A DNA stretch of 64,000 bases, counting the filler, from Piptocephalis cylindrospora (taxonomy: Eukaryota): the NCBI GenBank assembly GCA_003614145.1. It is 8 parts of 8 records of this genome, joined end to end, with 100 filler letters (N's around TTAATTAATTAA, not from the genome) between each part and the next. Parts side by side here need not be neighbours in the genome. Positions count along the whole stretch, not along the records: positions 8,353 to 16,583 come from KZ988162.1; positions 16,684 to 24,890 come from KZ988163.1; 6 more parts are not named here. The stretch is one strand, 5' to 3'. The position numbers and the translations under genes are program-made. The notes under the pieces are model-generated. The model had not been told where the DNA came from. It did not search any database and was given only the letters and a program-made list of their open reading frames with translations. Within the stretch, counting starts at the first letter, position 1; each line of letters begins with the position of its first letter. This document shows positions 12,629-24,990 of the stretch, piece after piece.

Positions 12629-14411
12629 TCACTTGGATTCGGTAAGTGGAAGGTACTTGTAAGGATTGAGGATGCCCTTGGGATCAAAGGCCTCCTTGAT
12701 CTTGCGCATGTATCCAATCATCTCTGGGGATTTGGAGTAAGGGAGGACGGCGCCCTTCATGACTCCGAGGCCATGCTCAGCTGAAATAGAACCCCGGTGT
12801 CCCTGGATCCATTCGTAAACAAAGGGTTCAATGAGGCTCTGCACCTCATCGGTGTACTTTGGGGCTGAGATGTTCAGATGGAGATTACCATCTCCAACGT
12901 GTCCGTACCCAATGACATCAGTGACCTTGGATCCTAAGGCTCCCTTGGACCGCATGTGCTCCCGCATATCCTCTACCAGCTGATAGAGGACCGATTGAGG
13001 CATAGACACATCGTACTTGTAGACAGCACCGGCCTTGGAGCAGGCCTCAGGGATGCTCTCTCGAAGTCCCCAGAGACTTTGGCTCTGGGACTCGTCTTGG
13101 GCTACCACTCCATCTACCACCTCTCCCCCCTCCATCAAATCTTCCAGAAGGCCCTGGAGCTTGGCATCATCGTGCTCCGCGTTCGATCCATGCGTTTCAA
13201 TAAGCACGTAAAAAGGATACTGATCATCAAAGGGGTCCCGGGTGCCCTGGATTGAATGGGACAAAACGAGCTTGAGAGACTCCTTATCCCAGAACTCAAA
13301 GGCTGATAGGATCTCATTCAAATGGGTCTTTGTCTTTTCATAGGTGGCTTGCACGTTTTTGAAAGAATCTAGGCCCACAAGGGCCACCTTGACGGATTTG
13401 GGCTTTGGGGGAGTCCAAATGGAGACTCCTGTGATGATGCCCAGAGTTCCTTCGGATCCGATAAACAGCTGCTTTAAATCATAACCTGTGTTATCCTTGT
13501 GGAGGATGGATAGGTTATCCAAGATGGTGCCATCTGCCGTCACCACCTCCAGTCCCATGACCGACCCGTGTAGGGATCCGTATCGAAGGAAACGAAGGCC
13601 TCCAGCATTGGTAGCGACATTCCCTCCAATATGGCAACTTCCCTTGGCACCCAGGTCCAGAGGCGTGATGAAGCCCTCAGCCCCCAGAGTTTCTTCTAGA
13701 GACTCCAGGATACAGCCAGCGTCGCATACCACAACGCCTATTCCAATCCAAAACAGGTGAGTGAGATGGGCACATGCCAAATTGGACGGGTCACCTAGAA
13801 TCGTCTTACCTGAAGCCGAATCAAAGTGTCGAATTTTGTTCATGGCGCTCATATTGAGGATAAGTTCATCATAAACGGGAACTCCTCCCCCGACCAAGCC
13901 AGTATTGCCTCCCTGAGGAACAACAGCGATGCTGATATTAAGGAAGCGCGATGAGTACTTGAGTGTTCCCTCTTCCAGCACCATGCCTACCTATTATCAT
14001 TGCAATGCTTGAGGATCTTGGAGACTTGTTCCGTTGTGCGCGGAAATAGCACTAGATCAGATTTTCCATGGTATTTGTTCATCCAATCCGTATTGAACGG
14101 GCCCAAGTCAGAAGTTCGTACAGCTTGCTCGGGTAGAATTGAACGAAAGAACGCGCGGTCTTGTTCCTCAATCTACTCATTTCAGTAGTTAGTTAAATAT
14201 TTGGAAGAGGATAAGTAAACAGGGCAGGTATGGGGAGGGAGGATACGATTCAATGTACCTTCTTGAATCCAGCATTTCTAGGGGGAAGGTGGCCAGCAAA
14301 GGCAATGGACGTCCCATGCAAGGCTCGACCAAGAGGGCGAATGGAGGATCGAGGTGCGCTTGGGCGAAGATACTTAGGAAGGTTCCGAAGTAGAGATAAG
14401 TGGGGGCTCAT
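12629..14411 (-). CDS. DLD2: FAD-linked D-2-hydroxyglutarate/D-lactate dehydrogenase (Dld2/D2HGDH), mitochondrial, 3 introns
   Basis: VVPQGGNTGLVGG, PLDLGAKGSCHIGGNVATNAGG, GYDLKQLFIGSEGTLG, GHVGDGNLH, GSISAEHGLG. Arg/Ser-rich presequence MSPHLSLLRNLPK at 14411. Confidence 0.92.
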
Positions 14412-16855
14412 GCTAGTGAGGTTAAAGGAGGGGAGGGGATGTGCGGTTGGAAGTGTCAAGAAGAAAGATAGATCATGGCTGGATAGGTTGTGGGAAAGCA
14501 TGTTAACATTGAGATTCCGTGGCAAGATACGGAGCAACTCGGAGCGGAACGCGCACATTTCCAAACCTCTAGCCAAGGGTTTGACATACGATTTATTGGT
14601 GGGCTCCTCTCCGACACTTTAAAGATACGTAGGTCCCGTTTGCAAGGGCCGTGTGAGTCCAGCTTGCAAGATCCCAGAGTTCTCATGTGTCTCTTCCTTG
14701 GGGGAGAAAAAGGGCATCATTCGCCTGGGGAATAACTGGGGCTACTGGAGCATCTATTTCCGACTTGCAGCCCCGTCCTTCCCCTTCCCGTAGCTCTTGA
14801 TTCTTGAATCAACAACCTATCCATTGGGATACCCTCAATCAAGATGAGCTTCAGCCGAAACAATGATATGTGCTTAATCCATCCTACATCAGCATTACCA
14901 TCGCAGAATTAGCAATGCTTCCCGGAAACTCTGACTAGAGATGAAGGGAGAAATATTATAGATTATTTGGATTGGCTTCGGTATGTGGATATAAGCCATA
15001 TTTAGGTAACGCATGCACCTTACCTAATCGAACAGTCAATATAAGATAAATACCCATCTACTGGGGAAAAGAAGAGGTGGGCCAGCAGCATCTCGTACTA
15101 CATTAGTAATATTACCTGCCGATGCATTAAGCGGTGTCCATAGCACTCTTCCTACCCTTTTTTTCTACCAATCTTGGCATGTCATTGCAAAGTTCACCAG
15201 CAAAAAATGGCCCATAAGGATTACTTCTGGAACGGATTCAGGCTTCTGCCTGGCCATGCTATTATTACAATGCATTGTTTGATACATTTCACTGTTTACT
15301 GCTACTATAATACAGAGTTCGATGTGAATATGCTTATTGCGTACTGGAACCCCCTCCTACTTACGAGGAGTCCCAATGCCTTGTTGGTTATCGTCAGCCT
15401 ATGCTCTCCTAAGCCTTTGACCTTGATTTCCCCCTCCTTAACAGATGCTTCAATCATAACAGACTCTCCCTTTATCCCAAAAGCTTAATCTCTGAGTACA
15501 CTCAACGCCCCCTGAACAGTAAATCCTCCAAAATTGACTTTCCCTCCAACGAAAGCTCAATTGGTGGTTTAAGACCAAGGTAGGCGTCTTCTCAAAAGGG
15601 CGAAGGATAAAGTGATAAACCAAATTGATTTGTTATGTCGTGAAAGTTGTGACTCGCCTAATCTACCTGAGAACTGGCAAAGCTGGTATCGCCTATGAAA
15701 ATTTAAAAGACATTGACGGCTTTGATAGGGATGTGATGATGATGAATGAGCGCCAAAGAACCAGTGATATCAGTAAGTAACTTGGGACTATCCCGGAAGA
15801 CATGCAAAAAAAAAATTGTAGAGGAGTATAGGGAAGTTGTCTGGAAAGGCAATTCTCCCGGGGGGGTGAAGAGAGGGGGCTTACTTAGTTCGCAACCACA
15901 TCTATGCAAATGGCCAAATACTTTGCGTAAGATCGATGATCCTGAGTGTGTTTTTTATATGAACAAGAACCGCTTATTCGATGTAAAAAAGCATTGTTGA
16001 AAAGGCCATCAGCAATGAGAACCAAAGCCTCCTTAGTCAGTTTGACACACCGCTTCCTCGCATATTCTAGAGAGCATGTTCTCGATGATTTCTACTGTCC
16101 TCGTGGGGAACTGGACGTTCATGACCTTTGAATATAAAAACATTTCTTGGGGACGTGCTGGTATAGAATGTACCATTTAGATTCAGGGACTAGGAAGAGG
16201 GATATTACACCCATAAGCCCACTCCATCTAGGGAACAGTTAATAGGTTTACTACCATTAATATTACATGGGAGTTCTTGTTCACTAAAAATATGCGTCTC
16301 TAAGGCACTGTTGTGTTGTAAGAGATCTGAATCTCACGATGGAATTAGAAGGGCTTGAAATTTAGTCTTGGAAATCTTAATCAGGGTTTGGCTTTCTTTA
16401 TCTTGAGGAATCTTGGATCGGCAAAATGGGACTTGGGGACGTGTTCTTAACTGGAATCAATTCTTATCAAAGGGTATCTTAATCAGGGGAGGGTTCGCGA
16501 GGGAGGTGGGGATGGAAAAATGGAGGGAAATTTGACATGTATTCTTCAGACTGATGCAAAAGGGATCGAATGTCCGGCTACTTNNNNNNNNNNNNNNNNN
16601 NNNNNNNNNNNNNNNNNNNNNNNNNNNTTAATTAATTAANNNNNNNNNNNNNNNNNNNNNNNNNNNNNNNNNNNNNNNNNNNNATCCGTTCCACTCTTTG
16701 TTTTTGTATATATTTGGGAATAATGAGCAATCGGGGTTAAATCCCTCCCTCGTCGTATTAAGCATACCTATAACCATAACCAAGCCCCACTCCACACAAA
16801 CAGAAAAAACAGCAAAGAATATCGTCATGACCATCTCCTTGATCCATCGAGTACA

Positions 16856-18433
16856 TCAACGAATAATATGAACTAGATAGGTGATCCAACAAAGGACGAG
16901 GAAGCTCATCATAAGCATGGTGCCGATGATTGAGGTCATGTTCCTCTTGCGTTTGGGCCCTCCTAACCGGGAGTTCTTGTCTTCTTCCTCATCCATAACC
17001 TCTTGCTTTCTCCGGGCTTCAAGGAGGTTTGCTCGGACCGTGGGTCCAGCATCTAGAAGGCCTCGTAGGGCAAGACCATCAAAGAGCCAGTAGGCCAGGG
17101 CACTCAAGGAGCTAACGGAAGCAAGGACAAGGAAGAAGATAAGGACAGGATCGTAACTTCCTCCATGTCCATCTTGGAGGGAGCCAACGAGGACATCTAC
17201 AAAGGCAATTCCAGAGCTATGGGCACACTTGTAGATCCCGAGACCTGTGCCCACCAGATGCGTGGGCAAGATAAGGGGAACTGAGGTGGTGAGGGCGACG
17301 GGAGCCAGAGTGAGGGAGAGGGAGAAGAGGGTGAGACCGATGAGAGGATGGATATGGGACCATCCGAGGAGGGAGATGGCCAAGACTAGGAGAAGGGCCG
17401 AGAGGAGGACAACAGGACCTCGTCGTCCAAATCGATCGAAAAAGAACCCGCAAAAGGGAGAGAGGATGACGGGGATGGCCAGGGAGACCGAGGAGGTCCA
17501 GGCGGCGATGAGGTCGGTGGAGCCAAAGTGAACGGTCATGTAGTCGGAGACGATGGCCAGGAAGGGCATCCACACACCGCTCAGAAGGGCAATGGTGAGG
17601 GGCACGAGCCAAAAGGTCCCGGGGATGTAGAGGAGAGCCGAGAGGGAGAAGCGTCTGTGTGGCTTTTTTGCTCTGGCTTGGACGACATGGGCATGATGAC
17701 GTAAGGAAAGACGATGGACGTAAAGATAGACGAGGTTGAGGGTAAAGGAGGTGAGACACAGGGCAAATGCAACCCAAAGCACAGTGCCATAGTGGCCTGT
17801 AGCCAACTTGATGGGCAGGGCAGATGCATGGGCGAGGAAGCCAAAGAGCCTGGAAGTGGCGATCTGAAGGCCGATGGTCATGGCTAGACCCTTGCCACGA
17901 AACCAGGTGGAGAGGATACTCTCTTGGGCGACGACAATGGTGCCCGACCCCATGCCAAAGAGGACGCGTGCCATGAGCATGAGTCCGTAGCTACGAACCT
18001 CGGCGGCAATGGCGGTTAGGCCACTTCCGAGGAGGATGAGCCCGGTGCAAAGGATAGACCCGGCCCCGGTGCCAAAGCGGTCCATGAGGACGCCTCCGAG
18101 GAGCGGGATGATGGAGTTGATAAGGGAATTGGTGGATTGAAGCACACCATACTGGGCATTATCGATGGGGAGTTCAGCCTTAAGGGTGGCCTTGAGAGTA
18201 TTGAGGGAGTGGACGACAAAATGACTACCGGCTGACAAGAGCAGGGCACACGTAAGGGCAATAAGCTTGTAGGAGACAGGCGCCTCTTCCAGAGCCTGTT
18301 GATCTTCATCCTCCTCGGTCAATCCAGCGGGTGACTGATGTTCCAGGGAGGGAGAGGGGGAGGCATGAGTCTGGGGGGAGAAGTGGGGAGCATTTGCGTG
18401 TGAAGCCTCAAGGGCCTTTGAGGGTGAGGACAT
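16856..18433 (-). CDS. MFS transporter, MFSD1-like (copy 1, intronless)
   Basis: About 12 hydrophobic helices; GGVLMDRFG and GFFFDRFGRR motif A; QESILSTWFRGKGLAMTIGLQI. Confidence 0.9.
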   Translation of the reverse strand: MSSPSKALEASHANAPHFSPQTHASPSPSLEHQSPAGLTEEDEDQQALEEAPVSYKLIALTCALLLSAGSHFVVHSLNTLKATLKAELPIDNAQYGVLQSTNSLINSIIPLLGGVLMDRFGTGAGSILCTGLILLGSGLTAIAAEVRSYGLMLMARVLFGMGSGTIVVAQESILSTWFRGKGLAMTIGLQIATSRLFGFLAHASALPIKLATGHYGTVLWVAFALCLTSFTLNLVYLYVHRLSLRHHAHVVQARAKKPHRRFSLSALLYIPGTFWLVPLTIALLSGVWMPFLAIVSDYMTVHFGSTDLIAAWTSSVSLAIPVILSPFCGFFFDRFGRRGPVVLLSALLLVLAISLLGWSHIHPLIGLTLFSLSLTLAPVALTTSVPLILPTHLVGTGLGIYKCAHSSGIAFVDVLVGSLQDGHGGSYDPVLIFFLVLASVSSLSALAYWLFDGLALRGLLDAGPTVRANLLEARRKQEVMDEEEDKNSRLGGPKRKRNMTSIIGTMLMMSFLVLCWITYLVHIIR

Positions 18434-18445
18434 AAAGGGTGTGTT

Positions 18446-18550
18446 GACAAGGCGTGATCGAGTAGATGGGAAAAGTTGTGTTCAAAAGGATGGAACAGGG
18501 CGTATTCAAGGAGATGGGACAAGGCGTAATCAAGTAGATGGGACAGGGTA
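18446..18550. repeat. 24-nt tandem repeat (about 4.5 copies) immediately upstream of the MFS copy 1 ATG
   Basis: gacaaggcgtgatcgagtagatgg / gaaaagttgtgttcaaaaggatgg / aacagggcgtattcaaggagatgg / gacaaggcgtaatcaagtagatgg / gacagggta. Confidence 0.85.
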
Positions 18551-19188
18551 TCGTAAGGTAGGACTGGCCAAGGAGATGTCAGAATAAGATGGAGTTATCT
18601 TATAGGAAGTAGAGTAAACGTAGGAAAGATCAGGTACGTCGTCCAAGGGTCGTTCGTTAGGGCGGGGAAGGAAGAGAGAATGGGAAAAGGAAGAGAAGCG
18701 TGATTTAGGACGATGCAGCTCGGTCAAAGTCCTGGCCCCAGGACAACTCCTATTCTGGGGTAGGAGGAGCTCGTGGCATGAATGGGTTGAGGGAAAGGGA
18801 TGACATATGGAAGTAGAGAAGGCGGAGATGGAAGGGGGATCGCGAGTGTGGGGGACCAGGACAGTAGATGAATTGGTCACTATCAAATTGGGTGTATACG
18901 AGGATGATAGAGGGGGGTGGAAGAGGAACAATAACAGTACTGTCCTGTGTCACGTCTCATATTCCCCATCCATTGCCCGCTGCGTGTGCGAAGGAGGCCT
19001 GGTCAACCAACGATGATATTGACAAGGCTGGGGCGGGTCCATTATTACTATTGGGGAGCAGGAGAGGAGGGAGCAGTCGCCTGCAACCATCTCCCTGACT
19101 AGATCCTCTCTGCCCTTTTCCGCCCTGAACTCCCATATAGGAGCTTCGCAGTAGCTGTGTATGTGTGGCAAGAAGGATAGCGCGCGCC

Positions 19189-19555
19189 TAATCAGATGAT
19201 CCTACTCTCCCTCTCCCCCTTTTTTTTCACTGGGGTGTGCCGATTTCACCCGGCACAGTCAGAATCTGATAAGCCTTTGTCCCTCCTCTGCTGCTGGTGA
19301 GTATGTGAGCCAGATCTGATAAGTATTATATCGACCCGTGTGTGGCTGCAAAGGGTGGTGTGATTTGACGAAGCAGTGGTAGTACAGACTTAACCAAGAC
19401 GAACTTCCCTTGGGACCGTTCTGAGCGGAATGTAAAAACGGGACCTCTTCACCGCAAAAGGAGTGATGGCAGATAGAGATAAAGAAGGAGAAAATAGACA
19501 GAAAAAAGGACATACTTGTTTTTCCCCGCAAGTCTCTCCACGTCTCATCAGATAA
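19189..19555. promoter_or_regulatory. ATCWGATAA (SreA/Sre1-type GATA) box cluster upstream of MFS copy 1
   Basis: ATCTGATAA 19264-19272 and 19314-19322; ATCAGATAA 19547-19555; near-match ATCTGATTA on minus strand 19189-19197. Confidence 0.75.
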
Positions 19556-19643
19556 TTCCCATACTCCCCCCTCCCCCAATCAGGTCATCCCCTTTGCGCT
19601 GACCCGCCCTTTCCCATGGATGAGGACTGGGGTCCGGAAGAGA

Positions 19644-21287
19644 TCATTTGAATAGATACACCCCGTACACTACCCAACTGAGGATAAGAACGGCAACTAC
19701 AATGGCCATGGCTATCCAGGATAGCATACGGGCTCTCGGGGTGAGAGGGATGAGGGATCCGGCGAGATAGGCGTCCTGCCGATCCTCTTGAAGCCCCTTG
19801 CGGATACTGAAGGGAGCATCAAGAATACCGCTGAGGAAACGAACATCGACATACCAGAAGAAGCAAGCAAGGATCACGGTGATGCATGAAAGGACGAGCA
19901 TGGCTGTGGAGACACGAGCGTAGCTTCCTCCCTGGTGATCCTGGATGGCACCCACCATGACATCCACCAAGGAGACACCGGCATTCAAACACCCCTTGTG
20001 AATACCAATACCCGTGCCGATGAGGCCAGGGGGCACGATCAGGGCCACGGACGAAGTCAAGGCTACGGGCGCCAGGGTCAAAGAGAGAGAGAATAGAACA
20101 AGTCCAGCCATGGGAGATGCGTCACTCCACCCGAGCAGGGCCATGGCGATGACCAAGAGGACGGCAGAAAGGATGACGACAGGGCCACGCTTTCCATACT
20201 TTTCGTAGAAGAGGCCGGCAAAGGGCGAGATGGCCACGGGGACAGCCAGGGATACGGAAGAGGTCCAGGCCGAGATGAGCTCGCTGGTCCCGAAGCGCTG
20301 CTGGACAAACTCGGTGGCGATGCCCAAGAACGGGGTCCAGACTCCACCGAGGAAGAAGATGTTGAGTGGGAGAATCCAAAAGGCCAAGGGGATTCGCGTG
20401 ACTTTGTCCAGGGAAAAGTGCGACTTCTTCCCCATCTCCCAGCCCCCGGTGTACTTGAGGAGGATGAGGTAGATGATGGTGAAGAGCCACGAGGCTGCAG
20501 AGATCCCACAAGCCACCCAGAAGGGGTTCCCGTAGAATCCAGTGTTATTCTTGATGGGGATAGCGGTTCCATGAGCCAAAAAGTTGAACTATGAATGATA
20601 GGGTGAAGGAGAGATGAGGACTCGAACAAAAACATGAAAATATATGGGACTAGGTGACCCGGGAGAAATAAAGTAGCTTACCAGACGGGATACAGTAATT
20701 TGAAGGCCGATGGTGATGGCGAGTCCCTTGCCGCGGAACCACTTGGAAAGGATGGTTTCTTGGGCCACAACAACACACCCAGAGCCCAGGCCAAAGATGA
20801 CCCGGGACACCACCATCCAAGCGTAGCTATCCAGATGAGCGGCCATGGCGGAAAAGGCATTGCCAATAACGATCAGACCGGTGCTGAGAAGAGCGCCCCA
20901 GCCCGTGCCGAACCGGTCCATCCACACACCCCCGAGGAAGGGGAGGATGGTGTTGATGAGGGAGACAGAGGAGGAGATGACCCCGTACTGGGTGTTATCA
21001 ATGCCCATGTCGGCCTTGATGGTGGACTTGAGGGCGTTGAGGGCGTTGGTGGAAAAATGGCTTCCAGCCGACATGAGAAGGGCACACACGAGGGCGATCA
21101 TCTTGTACTTCCAGGGTGCCGTGGAGGGGTCAGACTCGGGGGCAGAGCTCAGGGGGAGATCCAGGCTGGAGGTGCCATCCGCGACTGGGAAGGCCTTTTC
21201 CATCATTCCAGGCTCTTGAACCTGCTCAGAGTGGGGGACGACAGCGGGCTTTTCATTTAGGGTTTGCGAGGGCGATAGATTAGACAT
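19644..21287 (-). CDS. MFS transporter, MFSD1-like (copy 2); intron 20589-20681
   Basis: Clear paralog of copy 1 (YKMIALVCALLMSAGSHF, QETILSKWFRGKGLA, AWTSSVSLA, FSLSLTLAPVALT). The GT..AG intron joins ITVSRL/FNFLAHG. Confidence 0.9.
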
Positions 21288-21536
21288 GGTATAGGACTAA
21301 GATATAGGATTGGGATATGGAAGGGGTGGAGTAAACAAGAGATGGTGGAGAATTGGGGCAAGGAAGCACTAGAGTGAGTCTATTTATAAGAATTCGGGCG
21401 GTAGGGGAGGAAGGGAATGTCTATTTGTTTCTGACTTATGGGGCCTGGAAGCACTCAATGGGACTGGTCTATGTTCGATGGGACCAGGAAATGCTCGGTG
21501 GGAATGAACAAGCCTAAAATGGTCCCATCTTTCTTG

Positions 21537-22324
21537 ATCTGATAGGAGATATTTGGATAGGGCCAGTAAAGGGAGCTGGGTGGTAGGGTACGGGGCATAT
21601 GCCCTAATGGGTACGAGAAAATACACATCATCCCCCCAGAAGCGCGTGCGCAGAGGTGCGATGAGCCTTCCGGTACTATCCGTGGATGGGCACGACTAGG
21701 ATATCCGAGGACAAGAGGGGGGGGAGAGGGACCGGTTCCCTTGCCCCGGGAGGCGTCGGCTCCATGTTCAATGGGATGAGCTGCACTCGTGTGACACATT
21801 GGCCGCACCTGCACCATCGCCTTCTTTTCCCACCCCACCATTTGGCAAGCAGTCTGGGGGGGAAGGCATACTCCGATGAGGGGAGGCAAGGAGGATATCT
21901 TTTTTTTTTGCAATCTGCGGCTGTTGCCCTCATCTGATAAGCTTGCTTAAGCCTTTGCCCTTCATTTTCCGTGAATGTGTGTGGGGAGGGATGGGAGAAG
22001 GACTTGCTTCTACGGCCAGCCTTACCGGAAGCGCCTTTGTCGTGTGAAGAACGTCTCTCTTCCTGTGTGAGTGTGCTCCTTTTTTGTGATAACATCAGAT
22101 ATGGAAGCATAGGAGGTGAATAATGGAGAAGGTTTTTATCCCTCTCGCCGCCCAAGTCAGCGTCGTATGATTGGAACCCTTCCCAGCCAGTCCCTCCATC
22201 TGATAATCCACCCCGCATAATGGGTGCTTCCTTGGGGATTGAGACCATGAAATCTCCTCGGACACTCTCACAGGTCATAGACATCCACCACTCCCTCGGA
22301 GGACACGGTGTTCGCATCTGATAC
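21537..22324. promoter_or_regulatory. ATCWGATAA-type box cluster upstream of MFS copy 2
   Basis: ATCTGATAA 21932-21940 and 22198-22206; near-matches ATCTGATAG 21537, ATCAGATAT 22094, ATCTGATAC 22316. Confidence 0.75.
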
Positions 22325-22570
22325 CCACAGCTCATAGGCACTCTCTCTCCACAATACATACATCTACCCTCCTCCTCCTCCATTCAGGCATTCTGAGAGG
22401 GACGGCAATAGATTCAATAAGTCCCATGCAATAAGAAACATACCATCGCTATCCCAGAGATGCCCCGTTTCCTTCAGTCACGGATAGAATGATCTCCCTC
22501 CCGAAATAAGACTGCATCTCCCCATACCCATCACCCAATCGGACACAAGATACATCTCTTTTCTCCTTAT

Positions 22571-24746
22571 TTATCGCCGTACATGCTTCATGGGGGATGG
22601 CCTGTCCCCTTGAGAGTCATCGGTTAATACGGTACGTTGTCGCTTGAATCGATGGATCACTTGTCTGGAAAAATCACTTTGAAGAGACCCTCGCTTTTCC
22701 TAGGATGAGTGGGGGTGAGGATGGTTTTCTTAGCACGCTCATATCTCCTCCCTCCCCTTTCTCTCTGAAAAAGAAAAACTATGTAGCATAGCATGACTTA
22801 CCCGAGTCCAAGGGTGAGCGAGCGCCTGGTCCACCGTGATCCTTCGATGGGGCTCCTTGGTCAAACACCACTCTACAAGGTCTACAGCCGCATCCGACAC
22901 TGTATCCCAGGCTGGGGAAGGGAATTCAAAGAGACCTTTGAGGATCTGTTCCTTCATGCTGGGTGGGGCCAGTTGCTCAGAAAAGGGTGGGAACCCACAG
23001 AGCATGATGTAGAGAATGACCCCGAGACTCCACATGTCTACAGCCTTCCCGTAGGCTCTTTCCCGGGCCACAGGATGTAGGACTTCGGGAGCCACGTAGT
23101 TGGGCGTCCCGCACAACGTGGAGAGGAAGCGATTCTCCCCAACCAATTTGGCTAGGCCAAAATCCGTCACCTTGATCTTCCAGCCCGTCTCATGACACAT
23201 CATAATGTTCTCCGGTTTTAAATCACGATGTGTGATGTTCCGGTCATGAAGATACTTGATGGCCCCGAGTAATTGTTGAAAGACCCCTCTGGCCTCTGGC
23301 TCGGTAAATCGGCCTTTTTGGACCAGTCGATCAAACAGCTCTCCACCTTCCGCCAACTCCATAACAAGGTAGAGCTTTGATGAGTCCTGGAATACCTGCT
23401 TGACACCAACGGCACAAGGCTGTGAATAGGAAAGGGGGGGGAGGAAGGGGGGAGGGGGGGAGATGAGGAGAGGGTCGGATCGTCAGGATAATCCCATGCA
23501 AACATACGTGATCAATGGTCATGAGGAGACCAACTTCCCGTTGAAGCGCAGCCATGACTCGGGGTCTATGAGCAAATCTGGATTTGTCCACCACCTTGAC
23601 CGCGACTATACATCCATTCTGCTTATTCTTGGCTTTGTGTACCACAGCAAAGTTTCCTCTATGATATGAGACGAGAGTAATGGTGAGTAAGAAATAATGT
23701 TATCAGCAAGCCTGTCTTCCTCTCTCTCTTTCCTAACATACTTTCCAAGGGTTTCCTGGAGGGAAAAGCACTCGTCGAAACCCTGTAGAAAGTGAAAGAT
23801 CAGTGGTAGGAAATGGATGTACACTCCTTCCTCCTCTCCCTCCCCCTTACCCCAGTAGCCGTTTCATGAATAGGCCGATAAAAGGTGTAACCAAAAGTCT
23901 TGATGGCTAGATTGCCCATTGCATTTCCCATGGCGCCTATCCGGGTGACTTGGATAAGATCCCCAGATTGTATCTCAATAAGGTTATTTCTACCCACTCT
24001 CTCGCCATTGACAAAAGTTCCATTGGTGGAGAGGTCGGTGAGGTAGACCCTGGACACTGGAGTTTGTCCATCATCAGCGACGCCCTGTGTGATGGAAGGG
24101 TCAGAGACTTCTCATCGACCCATCATATAACGCAAGACTTACAGTTTGTCGAAAGATGACGCAGTGTCGGTTACTAACGGCCTGAGTCCCTACATCTCCG
24201 ATCCTAGAGTGAAGATCATTGCTCTTTTGTGTCAGTCCATATCCTTTCCTTCTAAAGACAAAGCACTTACTGAATATCACATTCAATATGCCTCCCAATC
24301 ATGTAGGCGTCCTCCCGCCCCTCACTGGTCCGACTGAGTAGGCGACGAGAGGCACGATCATCCTGAGTGCTTTCCAGGACACCCCAGGCTCCATCCTCCC
24401 AACCGGGTCGACCCAATTCCTCCCAAAAAGCCTGTTCATCCAAGGCCTCCCCTTCCTCCTGCGTATTCCCAGGGGCTTCCACCAGGACAGCTTGGCTCAT
24501 CTGTAGGTCCGAGTCGGTGATGAGGATACCGTCCGATCCAGTACTCATGGGCGTGTCTCCCTGGACACCAAGCTTGGAGATGTGAGGGAGGGAGAAGGGC
24601 GAGTCGACTAGAGGGCGCTGTGTAGTCATCCCATACGACGGATGGGAGGGTGCGACTCCTTCCACCAAGACAACCGGTTGTTGGGCGCTCTCGTCATCAT
24701 ACGTGGTGTAATAGACGGTATTACCTGCCTCCTCAAACTCGCTCAT
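22571..24746 (-). CDS. FHA + Ser/Thr kinase of the Chk2/Cds1/Dun1 family, multi-exon
   Basis: SQ/TQ sites; FHA motifs IGRH, VSNRHC, DLSTNGTFVNG; kinase motifs HRDLKPENI, DFGLAK, TLCGTPNYVAPE, LCGFPPFSE. The last exon (stop 22571) is inferred. Confidence 0.9.
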
Positions 24747-24990
24747 ACTGAAATGGTGTTTTGAGTAAATTGGGGGGGGAATGGAAAGTTTGTGGATGGG
24801 GAGAAGATGAGAAAAGGAAGAAAAGTAAAAGTAAAGGGAAGAGAGGGGATGTCAGTGGGGGCTACACGGAGCACAAGCTTACTTTAGCTTNNNNNNNNNN
24901 NNNNNNNNNNNNNNNNNNNNNNNNNNNNNNNNNNTTAATTAATTAANNNNNNNNNNNNNNNNNNNNNNNNNNNNNNNNNNNNNNNNNNNN

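Noticed and set aside
12629..14411. FAD oxidase as alkyl-DHAP synthase partnering the GNPAT-like gene
   Set aside because: Motifs and presequence match D2HGDH/Dld2, and it is on a different contig.
18446..18550. 24-nt repeat as a CRISPR array
   Set aside because: Head-to-tail degenerate units with no spacers, no cas genes, eukaryotic context.
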